Assembly (NCBI GenBank): GCA_030390025.1
Contig: CM059432.1
Span: 66,900,001-66,964,000 of the forward strand
Direction: 5' to 3'
Length of the DNA: 64,000 nucleotides
DNA from: Squalus acanthias
Taxonomy: Eukaryota
Every line of letters begins with the position of its first letter. Position 1 is the stretch's first letter. The position numbers and the translations under genes are program-made. Shown here piece by piece: positions 37,858-48,309 of this stretch. The notes beneath the pieces are model-generated. The model saw nothing but the letters and a program-made list of their open reading frames with translations. It was not told the DNA's origin and searched no databases.

Positions 37858-39154
37858 GGCCGTGATTTTCCGAACCGTGGCAGGCGACGTCAGTGGCAGG
37901 TCCCGAGCCCGCTGCTGTCTCAGCCTGCTGTCTGAAATGAATTTCCCCTGATTGGGCTTGTTATGCCTGCCCAGCGCATTTGCTGGCCAATTAGAGGAAA
38001 CGGGTCTGGTGACGACATTTAATGACGTGTCATCAGCCGGTTTCCTTAAAGGGACCATGGCCAACTTTATTTTGACATTTGTGCTGTCAGTGTTCTACAG
38101 CATTGAGGTGCTGCAAACACTGACTAGCACTGCACAGAGATGCAGGGCTGCATCCAGGCTCCCCATGACTCCCTTCATATGCTTATGGAGGGAGTCACAG
38201 CATGCAGGGAGGTCCTCTTCCCTTCCCATGGGTGGAAGAGACCTCCCCAGGAGATCAATGCAGCCTGGTTACACATTGCACAGGAGGGCACAAGCAGGGA
38301 TGTCGTCAGGAGGACCTGGGTGCAGTGCCACGCCACAAACATTTCAATGATCTCAATAGATAACGAAACATTAGTACAAAGCCACACTCAACCTCATCCT
38401 GCTGTGCCTCTCATCACATCCCCCTCACTCTGCCTTCTCTACCCTACTCCTGCACATCCTTACTCACACCAACTTACCTTGCACCTCCACCCATCCCTCT
38501 CTATCTACATTATCACATCCCCATCTCACAAGCCACCCCTCACACTCACCCTCATCCTAGTCCAATCATACCAACTAACAACACACAAGGGTAGGCACTT
38601 GTGTGTTTTATGCAATGTTCATGTAAAGTTTCTGTTAATGTGCTGTCAAATATTGAAACCTTTATTTTCAACACTTGCGTTCTTTGACAGATTTGTGTGT
38701 ACCTTTGGAAGTGGCTTACTGAGTTGCAGTGAATGGTGAGACATAACGGTACCCCCCGCAATGGTGATGAGTGTGAAAGGAATGGCTTGGGCATTGTAGG
38801 GATGCTTTTTGGTGTTGGTGTGGGGTGGTGCCAACCTGGCATATCATGTGGCAGTCAGGGTGAACAGCGTAAAGTGAAGTAAATCTGACCTCCCGCCTCA
38901 GCTTCACAGATGAGGTCTAGGCACAGCGGGAAACCGGTGGGCAATCTGTCAAATCCAAAACGCTGTGAAAAAACCATTGATAAGTGGCTGTAAACAAGTG
39001 TGTTGGGTCTGCTCAGCGTTGACAGACCCGACATTTGGTAAAGGCGCGTGGCGGTGGGTTCGCAGCGGAGTCTCGATTCGCTGGGGGAAAAAAAACACTT
39101 TCCCACCCGACCTGCCACCGATCGCGCCTGTTAACCCCCTGCAAAATCCAGCCC
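37858..39154 (+). mobile_element. Second, inverted copy of the E-type Myb-exon-1 derivative
   Basis: TIR GGCCGTGATTTT / AAAATCCAGCCC; flanks ACT / ATT; reverse-complement similarity to 35050-36107. Confidence 0.85.
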
Positions 39155-39515
39155 ATTCTCTCTGTATCCACTCTATCAAAACCTTTCATAGTTTTATAGA
39201 CCTCTGTTAGATCACCCCTCAGCCTCCCATTTCTGGTATCATCCTTGTAAATCTTCTCTGCACCCTCTCTAGTGCCTCTATATCCTTTGTATAATATGGC
39301 GACCCAAATTGTACACAGTACTCCAAGTGTGGTGTAACCAAGGTTCGAAACCAGTTTAGCACAACTTCTCTACTTTTCAGTTCTATCCCTCGAGAAATAA
39401 ACCCTAGTGCTTGGTTTGCTTTTTTATGGCCTTATTAACCTGCGTCACTACTTTTAGTGATTTGTGTATTTGTACTCCGAGATCCCTTTGCTCTTCTACC
39501 CCATTTAGATTCTTA

Positions 39516-40412
39516 GGGGGAAAAATTCAGTTGGTTGCGCCTCCCGTTAGCGCCTTAAGAGGGTGCTAATGGGGCGCAACGCAACTAGCGCCCGGGCGCG
39601 GCGATGTTTGCGCCGCTCGCGAAATTAACTAGACATTTTGCGGCGGCGCTAAACAGTACCGCCACGATCTCCTGTGCCGGCAGATCGTGACATCAGTCGA
39701 GTGCGCAATGCCCCGGTAGCGCCCTGGAGTGGATATTGAGTGGCGCCCCCTGCCTTACCGCCTGCCGCTAGCAACGGTTGAGGGGAGCGTTTTGCAGTCA
39801 GGAAGGGACTGGGGGAGCGCTATTTAAAGGCGACCGCTTCCTGCCTTTTTTTGTTGGCGACATTTTTGAACCACGCATTCTGAGAGAGAGAGAGAGAGAG
39901 AGAGAGACTTCTGGAGAGATTCCACGCTGTGTGAAGGAGTTTTGGGTACTGAGCAGCACTTTGCAGGTTCATTTTGATTTGCCCTTCCTTGTATCGATTT
40001 AGAAGAGACTGTGGGGGCTGCACTCTGAGCTCTTTCCCTGGGCCTCTCCATTGTTCTTTCCAGCAGATTTGATGTACCGGTCTCTCCAGGCCAAGATTCA
40101 AGTCTGCAATGAGCAGGATGTGGATGGAAAGCAAGATCAACCCTCCCCTTTAAGAACTGGCCGGGGCCATTGTGTCTGTGTTCCATTGCTGACTAACATC
40201 ACATGAGCTTCGCCAGCGCTCTGAGTTAGCGCCTCGCTCCTCGGCCTTTGCGCCTTAAGACAGATGTGTAGCGCCTGATTTAGCGCTCCAATCACCTCCA
40301 GGGGCGATAAAAGCCAAGTTTGCAGTCAGTGGCGATAATTAGCGCCAGGAGCTAATCTTTGCGCCCGGCCGATAATTGCGCCCCAAACGGGGCGATACTG
40401 AATTTTTCCCCC
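39516..40412 (+). mobile_element. Harbinger MITE, 897 bp, same family as 32565-33454
   Basis: Perfect TIR GGGGGAAAAATTCAG / CTGAATTTTTCCCCC; TSD TTA on both sides. Confidence 0.95.
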
Positions 40413-40651
40413 TTATTTTCCAAGTAATAAGTAACCTCCTTATTTTTGTTACCAAAATATAATACCTCACATTTATCTGTGCAAATTTGCAAATTATATG
40501 CCCATTCTGATAGTTTACGAATGTCTTCTTGTAATTTGTTGCAGTTCTCTACAGTATTGGCTATCCACTCCCTCCCCCCTCAATTTGGTGTCATCTGCAA
40601 ACTTTGAAATTATGTTTTTAATTCCAAATTCTAAATCGTTAATATAAATTG

Positions 40652-41036
40652 TGGCCCTTGGCGTGGTCCGTGGCCGCCATCACGCCATCTGGCACCACGT
40701 CTCAGTGCTGTGGCTGCAGCCACAGCACCATGCCGCCACGGTGGGCTAGTGGAGGCCATCAAACGGCCTGCAGAGTGCGCAGCGGCCTCCCATTTAACGG
40801 AAGGGGAGCGGCGCTGAAACACGTCAGCGCTACGCGGAAGGCTATGTAGCGCTCCCGTGTTTTGCGCCCCAGACACTGCCCCAAGAGGAAGTGGAGCGCC
40901 CGAGATAGTGCTCAGCTTCCTCGCCAGAGCGGTAAGCCCAATTTAGCGACCGGGCGGTACTCCTGCTCTGGGCGCTAAATGTCTGTCGCTAATTTGTTTA
41001 CCGCCCCCAAACAGGGCGTAACTGAATTTTGCCCCC
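40652..41036. mobile_element. Single end of a Harbinger-type element
   Basis: GCGC-rich subterminal sequence ending CTGAATTTTGCCCCC; other end not found. Confidence 0.65.
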
Positions 41037-41039
41037 CTA

Positions 41040-41618
41040 ATCTCTTCGTATTCTCCCTTGTCATGCTCTTCCCCTGCTGTCCATGTACTTAGTTTATGCC
41101 TCTTTCCTTACCCTCAATTTTTCCCTTATGTCTCTATTCATCCATGGTGTCTCATTAGTGTTTAGCTTGTGCTTGTTATTTCGTGGAATATATATTTCCT
41201 GGACTCTGTTGAAAACCGCTTCAAATGTTTCCCATTGCTGTTCTACATCATTGTTTGACAATAATGTTGTCCATTTTATTTCCCCAAGTTCTATTCTCAG
41301 CCTCTCAAATCAGCTTTTCTCCAATTTATTACTCTGGTTTTTGTCATACTTATGTCCTTCTCAATTATTATCTTAAAGCCTATTATATTACGGTCACTAT
41401 GCCTAGATGTTCCCCTACTTTTACTTCTCTTATATGCTCTGGTTCATTCCCCATTACTAGATCCAGTAGCGAATCCTCCCTTGTCAGGCTTCTTTCATAC
41501 TGGGTTAGAAAGGAGTCCTGTACACATTTTAGGAACTCCATTCACTTATCCCCTTTACGTGCCTCTTTTGACCAATTAATTTTGGGGTAGTTGAACTCCC
41601 GCATGATTATTATTCTAT
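41040..41618 (-). mobile_element. Older CR1 fragment (EN/linker), continuing at 45811-45840
   Basis: IIIMREFNYP-like and LLDLV..NE motifs; continuity across the TAT TSD. Confidence 0.75.
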
Positions 41619-42130
41619 GGGGTAAAAATTCACTTGGTTGCGCCTCCCGTTAGCGCCTTAAGAGGGCGCTAATGGGGCGTTAAGCCGCTAACGCCCGGGC
41701 GCAGCGCTGTTTGCGCCGCTCGAGAACTTAACTTGAGATTGTGCGGCGGCGCTAAAACTTACCGCTGCGACCACCTGCGCGCGCAGATTGTGACGTCATT
41801 CCATGGTGCAACGCCCTTGGGGCGCCCCGGAGCGGAAATTGAGTGGCGCCCCCTGCCTTACCGCCTGGCGCTTCCAACGACCGGAAGACTGGAACGTTAT
41901 CAATCGGTGTGGGGCTGGGGGGGGCGCTATTTAAAGGGGGCCTCTTCCTGTCTTTTTCTGTGGTCGACATTTATGCACCACTCGTTCTGAGAGAGAGAGA
42001 GAGATTCGGAGAGAGAGAGAGAGAGACTTCTACATTGACTCAACGCTTTGTGAGGTAGTTTTGCCTAGTTCATCCTAACTTTGTTGCTACTTTAGTTGCT
42101 GTACCTCATTACTTTTCTGGCAAAGAGAAT

Positions 42131-43282
42131 ATGGGGGCTGCAATGATTGGGGGCGTCGTCCTGCTCCAGCTGAATCGGAGGATACCAAGACGCAGACAGA
42201 GAGTGGCAATGATGGCCAGACGGAGGAGAGCCATCAGGCGCATGTACAGGAGAGCTTACCCTCCCAGGGTATATCGTGAACAGCTCTCCTACATCCATAA
42301 GTCCGAGGAGCTGTGTTTGCGAAGGCTGCGATTCAGCAAGGAGGTGGTCACTGAGCTCTGCCACCTGCTGCAGCCAGATCTGCAGCCTCAGCTGAGGTCC
42401 AGGACGTCTCTGTCGGTGGCAGTGAAGGTCACAGTGGCTTTGAACTTCTACGCCACTGGCTCATTCCAAGCTGCTGTTGGGGACCTCGCCAATATCTCCC
42501 AGTTTGCGGTGCATCGCTGTATCCGGCAGGTCACCAATGCCCTCTTCAGAAGGAGACGAGACTTCATCTCTTTCCCTATGACCCCAGACAAGCAGCGTGA
42601 CCGTGCTCTGGGCTTTGCGAGGGTAGCGGGCTTCCCCATGGTGCAGGGCGCCATTGACTGCACGCATGTGGCTTTGCGTGCTCCGCGAGAGAATGCAGAG
42701 GAGTTCCGGAACAGAAAGGGGTTCCATTCCTTGAATGTGCAGTTGGTCTGTGACCACAGACAGGTGATACTCGCTGTCAATGCCCACTATCCGGGCAGCT
42801 GCCACGATGCTTTCATCCTGCGCCAGAGTACTGTGGCAGAGGTTTTGGAGGCACCGCATCGGCCAGTTGGTTGACTTCTGGGGTACAAGGGGTACGCATT
42901 GAGCACCTGGCTGATGACACCGCTCCGTACGCCAAACACCCGTGCTGAGCTGCGGTACAATGAAAGCCATCAAGCAACCAGGAACATTATTGAGCGCACA
43001 ATCGGCGTGCTGAAACAACGGTTCCGCTGTCTGGACCATTCCGGAGGAGCCCTGCAGTACTCGCCTGAGCAAGTTTCGAACTTCGTAGTCGTGTGCTGCA
43101 TGTTGCACAACATGGCAATCCTCAGGACCCAGCCAATGCCACCAGGCCTTGTAGCACCACCAGAGGAGGAGGAGGAAGAGGACGAGGACGATGATCATCA
43201 GCAGCACCAAGGCAGGAGGGCGGCCCACAATGGTCAAACTGCAAGGGCCGTCCGTCAACGACTAATAGCAAGCCGCTTCTAG
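42131..43282 (+). pseudogene. Copy H HARBI1-type DDE transposase; colinear, with one premature TGA (42872-42874) and GDKGY->GYKGY
   Basis: [47 protein letters not shown]; the two ORF halves share one frame. Confidence 0.95.
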
Positions 43283-43576
43283 GGCCCCTGCCATTGCTAC
43301 AAACACTAATCAACCCAGCACGCAACCCCTAAGCCGGCCAAGGCACCAATAATTCCAACCACCAGCCATGTATATTTTGAATACAGAAACTTATTTATTT
43401 TACAAACTCTGTGTGTGTCAATTCCTCATGACAAACTCATAGAAATAAACACAAAAAAACAGTCAATAACATAACTGGTTCTCACAACCTGGAGATAATG
43501 TCCAAAACACTAAACAAAAGTTGGACCATGAACCTCGGCCTTTAATAAAAAAATGACCAGCATTTTGTCACACCTC

Positions 43577-45453
43577 CTACTTTTTGCCCTTCGAGGGTGA
43601 TCTCCTTCCCTTGCGCACTTCCCCCCTTCTAACCCTACTGCTCCTCCGTAATGGGACCTCAGTGGCTGCAGCAAGGCTGGTGGAAGGCTGCTGCTCGTCA
43701 GACCCTGACACTGCAGATGCACCTGAAGGACGGCCTCGACCACTTCTGGGCCTGGAGGGCCCAGCTGCAGACTGCACCAACTCTGCATGGGCGGCAGCAG
43801 TCTGTCCTACAGGCGGTGGCAAGTGCAGTGGAGAAGTGACAGTGTTGGCAGCAGGAATGCTGTCATCGTGAGAGAGGCCAGCAACTCCCTGCTCGCCCGA
43901 CACACTGGCACTCCCACGGGGCAGCACTTCAGCATCCGGAGCAATTTTCCGGAGAACAGATTGCTGGCCTGCTGCGGCGCGGTGACAGCCCCGGGGACAT
44001 GTGCACGAACCATCGAGGTTGGCAGCAGTCTGTGCTCGCGTGGCCTCCATCTGAGTCTGTATGAGAGCAGTCAGAGGTGGGATCACGGCAGCCAGTGACT
44101 GAATTGCAGCACTAAGCGTTAGTGTGGCATCCGCCTGTGCTACAGCGAAGTGCTCCACACTCCTTGCCAGTGACTCAATGCAATCGGGCACCCTTCCCAC
44201 TGCACCCATGAGCTCAGTGTGCATGCCCACTGCCTGGGTGTTCATTTCTGCAATCAGCCGCTCCTCCTCTGCGTCCATTGCAGTAGGAGTGTCTGGCATA
44301 CTCTCCCTCTGGGGAGAAGGCCCCCGTTCTTCCCTACCCCCCCCATGGCGTTGCTGCTGCCCGCTGGGTCCTGGAGCTTCACCATCATCAGCCCCTTCCC
44401 CACTGCTCCCCTCCGGGGAAGGCGTGTTCCCAGTGTGGGCATGGGCTTCCTCGGGAGAGGGTGGCACTGATGCTCTGGCTTCCTCTTCCTCCTCAGCTGC
44501 AGCATCACTCCCAGTGGCAGCTTCAGGGCCCGTCTCCTCAGCTGGTGAATCACCATCTGAAAGCAGGGAGGTACAAGAGTGGCTTTAGCGTGAGGACAGG
44601 GTGGCAGTAAGGGAGGAATAAGTGCAGCGAGTTAGCAAGTTGGATTGAAAGTGTCAAAGGCTGGTATTGTGAGGGACAAGTGGAAGGACAGAGGACAAAA
44701 AGGTGATGACCTTACCATTGCTGTCCACAACGGGGTCGGCGTCTCCAGTGGCGACGGGACCGATCACCCGGCTTGCCACAATCCTGTGGACGCGCTCCTC
44801 CAGATCGCTGAGGGGTTGCAGCTGAAGCCGCCCTCCACCCGTCCGTTGCTGCTGTCTCCGATTATGAGCCAGCTTAGCCTGCAAGAAAAAGGACAGCATC
44901 TGAGTAAATATACAGCCATGGTCTTGCCTGATGTGCCTCCCATAGGTGAATAGCCCTTACAATATACAGCCATGGTCTTGCCTGATGTGCCTCCCATAGG
45001 TGAATAGCCCTTACAATATACAGCCATGGTCTTGCCTGATGTGCCTCCCATAGGTGAATAGCCCTTACTGTATGCAAAGTGTAGAATGTGTGTGTGTGTT
45101 TGATGAAAGGGCCATAGGTGTTGGATGAGTGTTGTGCATTGGGGTTTTAAGACCCTCTGGCCATAGAGTGAGGTTGAGATGGAGGGATGGAGAGGTATTG
45201 AGAAAAAGCCACTCACCCTGACGACCCGAGTGAGGTCGTTGAACTTTTTGCGGCATTGAACATGGGTCCTGGGCACCATGCTCCTGGAGGAGACGCTCTG
45301 AGCCACCACCCTCCACACTCTTCTGAACTCGCGTGGCAAAGGCCTCCTGCCACTCTCCGGGAACAGCATGCATCGTCTGCGCTCCACTGCGTCAACCAGA
45401 GCATCCAAGGCCCGCTCGGTGAAGCGATGAGCGCGTTCTCTCACCCTCTCCAT
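43577..45453 (-). CDS. Copy H Myb/SANT-like DNA-binding protein, 3 exons (45453-45217, 44878-44716, 44556-43577), 459 aa, open
   Basis: GT-AG sites gtgagt, ttcttgcag, gtaagg, ctttcag; exon lengths 237+163+980=1380 nt in frame with no internal stop; RFTERALDALV..W..QCRKKFNDL SANT motif; basic C-terminus. Confidence 0.88.
44907..45068. repeat. Perfect 54-bp tandem triplication in Myb intron 1
   Basis: AATATACAGCCATGGTCTTGCCTGATGTGCCTCCCATAGGTGAATAGCCCTTAC x3. Confidence 0.97.
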
Positions 45454-45844
45454 GCTTGGCAGCAAAATGGATTACAGGTCTCTCCAGGCTGAGATTCAAG
45501 GCTGCAATGAGCAGGGTGTGGCTGGGGAGCAAGTGGCCCCCCCCGCTTTAAGAAGTGTCCGGCGCCAGTGTGTCTGTGTTCCCTCGCTAACTGGCAGCAG
45601 CTGCGCTGCGCTCGTGCGCTGAGTTAGCGCCTCACTCCTTGGCCTTTGCGCCTTAAGAGAGGTGTGCAGCGCCTGCTTTAGCGCTCCACTCACCTCCCGG
45701 GGCGGTAAAAGTGAAGTTTCCTGTCAGTGCCGATAATTAACGCCAGGCGCTAATATTTGCGTCCGGACGATATTTGCGCCCCAAATGGGGCGCGACCTAA
45801 TTTCTACCCCTATGTTTTTTACTCATTTCCCTAATTTGTTAGAA

Positions 45845-46390
45845 CCATAGAAGCATAGAAGATAGGAGCAGGAGTAGGCCATTCGGCCCCTCGAGCCTGC
45901 TCCGCCATTTAACGAGATCATGGCTGATCATCCAAATTCAGTACCCTGTCCCTGCTTTCTCCCCATATCCCTTTAGCCTTAAGAAATATATCTATCTCCT
46001 TCTTGAATATATTTAATGAATTGGCCTCAACTGCCTTCTGTGGTAGAGAATTCCACAGGTTCACCACTCTCTGGGTGAAGAAATTCCTCCTCATCTCAGT
46101 CCTAAATGGCTTACCCCTTATCCTTAGACTGTGACCTCTGGTTCTGGACTCCCCCGCCATCGGGAACATCCTTCCTGCATCTAGTCTGTCTAGTCCTGTT
46201 AGAATTTTATAAGTTTCAATGAGATCCCCTCTCATTCTTCTAAACTCTAGCAAATATAAGCCTAATCGACCCAATCTCTCTTCATACGTCATTCCTGCCA
46301 TCCCAGGTATCAGTCTGGTAAATCTTCGCTGCACTCCCTCCATGGCAAGAACATCCTTCCTCAGATAAGGCGACCAAAACTGCACACAAT
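45845..46390 (-). mobile_element. CR1 3' fragment
   Basis: 155-aa ORF QFWSPYLRKDVLAMEGVQRRFTRL..; CATAGAA tail. Confidence 0.93.
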
Positions 46391-47770
46391 AGTTTGACTG
46401 GAAATCCTGGGCTCCAAGCTCTGCACAAAGCCCCGTGCAATGTCGGAGGTGGTCTCCTCCATGCTTCTTGACATTGCCAAGAGGCTCACTGGCAGGCTTG
46501 CCATTGCACCTAGCAATTCAGTGTGCATGCCCATCATCCTTCTTCTGAAGGCCGCCCCATCGAGGTCCTCATCTGAGTCCTGTGCAGCAGAACCTGCGCG
46601 CGAACTCGCCCTCCGTGGAGCTGGCCCCCGAGCTACCCTTTCCCCCTGGCCTTGCTGCAGCCCACTCATACCCAATGCCTCACCCTGTGCAGATCCCGCT
46701 TCCACACTAGCCTCTAAATTATGTGCAGTGCCAGTTTCTGAGCTGGTGTCTGCGAGTGACAGATGCAGTGATGCTGTGTCTTCTTCCTCTTCTCCCCCCT
46801 CGCTCTCGTGCATTGCCTCAGGGACAAGCTGCTCAGGAGCTTGTTGTTGATTATCTGAAAGCAGAAAGGCACAAGAGTCGGGTTAAGGTGAGGTGGGGGA
46901 GCAAGATTTGCATGCATACAGCATCAGCAGCTTGAAATTGAGAAGAGATTATGGGATGAGGGATGTGAGAAGAAGGATTAAGAATGAGCATACCTTTGTT
47001 GTCCCCAAGGGGTTCAATTTCACCGGTTGCCACGGCCTCTATGCTCTACCGCCCAATGATGTCCAGCACTCTCTCCTCCAACTGGCTGAGTTCGTGAATG
47101 TCAGTCTGCCGCTGCTCCCTCTGATTATGCACGATCTTGGTCTGCAAGAGAAAGAGAAGTGTGTGAGTGAATGTGGTGCAATGTGTTGGGTGATGTGTCT
47201 TCCATAGTTGAATAGCTGTCAGTGTGTGCAAGGTGTGAGATGTGGGTGTGAGTGTTGCAGCAGTGATAAAGTTGTGAGGGTGAAGTGGAGCGATGATTGT
47301 GAGGTGTGAGTGGTGATAGGTAGAGATTGTTGGTAGGTGAGTGCTGGGTGCATTGAGTAGTGTGTGAGGCTGGTGGTGCAGATAGTGGGATGTGGCATTT
47401 GCTGAAGCCTTCACTCACGTTGAACTCGAGCCATGTTGGGAAATCTGTGGGCTCTCTCCCTTTGCTGACGCTTGCGCCATGAGTTTGCAGTACCTTCTTC
47501 TTGCAGTTACAGTTCTGAGTGGCTTGACAATGAGGTGCTGTAGCCTCAATGCACCTCCCCTTTAAGTATTGAATATAGCCTGTGCCAAACATGACTAGGA
47601 ATTAGATTGGACCTGATATTGGCCCACCTGTTGAGCGTTCAGCCAATAAGCATCAGTTTTAGCGCTGAAATTATAACTATAATCATGTTAATGAAGAGTG
47701 AGCACGAATTTTGCGTGCCACCTAGGAACATTTTCAGGTGGCACAGCTTAACATCATTGGGCCTTAACAT
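46391..47770 (-). mobile_element. Harbinger copy F, partial: Myb-side end plus Myb pseudogene (exon 1 collapsed by deletion)
   Basis: KIVHNQREQRQ..LEERVLDIIGR exon 2; exon 3 DSDEDLDGAAFRRRMMGMH; subterminal region is an inverted homologue of 48320-48545. Confidence 0.82.
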
Positions 47771-47809
47771 GGCATAGAAATTGGATATAGCCACAAAATG
47801 GGCAGTGTT

Positions 47810-48309
47810 TTTTTTGATAAATCTTTTTATTCAAATACAATAATACTTATACAACTCATCAATTACATAGTAAATCCATTACATTCATCCATCACAGTAA
47901 AAAATAAAGCCTTAAAACCAGCCTTATAGTTAATATAAATGCAATGATTAATTTTACAAATAATCAATAATGTTTACAGTACAAATACCCTTAAACAATA
48001 CCACACAACTTTAGATTTAAAATAATAAATCTCAAAGTTAACTCCACATAAAAAACCATTTCAACACCACAGTGTACAAACACATAGCACCATCATAATC
48101 CAATTAAATGCTACAGATAACACTTATTCCAATAAACCAAGAAAAAATCCGTTTTACGCCAGTCCTACTGGCATTGTTCGTTCGATCATTCGATCATTCA
48201 TTCAATTGTTCGTTCGTTCATTCAAGCATTCGTTCGTTCGATCGAGCGTAAATTCCAATATGTATGTATGAGTGCGTGCGTGCGTATCATTTGTCTAAGT
48301 GCGCGCTTG
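47810..48309 (-). mobile_element. Poly(A)-tailed 500-bp retroposed insertion (L1/Tx1-type 3' end or processed RNA)
   Basis: 15-bp TSD AAAATGGGCAGTGTT at 47795-47809 and 48310-48324; AATAAA plus A-tail on the - strand; target TT|AA. Confidence 0.85.

Larger units (their letters stand above)
37540..40650 (-). mobile_element. CR1 3' portion split by two Harbinger derivatives
   Basis: MFPLVGKSKTRGH..FFTQRVVRMWNSLP; continuity across both insertions. Confidence 0.85.
41619..45810 (+). mobile_element. Harbinger copy H, full-length and nearly intact (4192 bp)
   Basis: TIR GGGGTAAAAATT / AATTTCTACCCC; TSD TAT on both sides; two convergent genes. Confidence 0.96.

Noticed and set aside
42872..42874. 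TGA as selenocysteine or programmed readthrough
   Set aside because: Copies A, B and C read Trp (WL) here, and the nearby catalytic Asp is also mutated; a simple nonsense mutation fits
42461..43258. 265-aa antisense ORF (and similar antisense ORFs over Myb exon 3)
   Set aside because: Shadow of GC-rich coding sequence, with no recognisable domain
42131..43282. Host HARBI1 / NAIF1 genes
   Set aside because: Flanked by TIRs and a TSD, multi-copy and disrupted; these are transposon copies, so no gene symbol was given
44907..45068. CRISPR-like appearance of tandem repeats (also 9961-10051, 11487-11898, 60666-60845)
   Set aside because: Contiguous units with no unique spacers, no cas genes, eukaryotic context
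44764..45465. Intron-1 read-through ORFs of Myb genes (233 aa in H, 266 aa in D) as a conserved isoform
   Set aside because: Copy C stops immediately after the donor; CA-rich introns are stop-poor by composition
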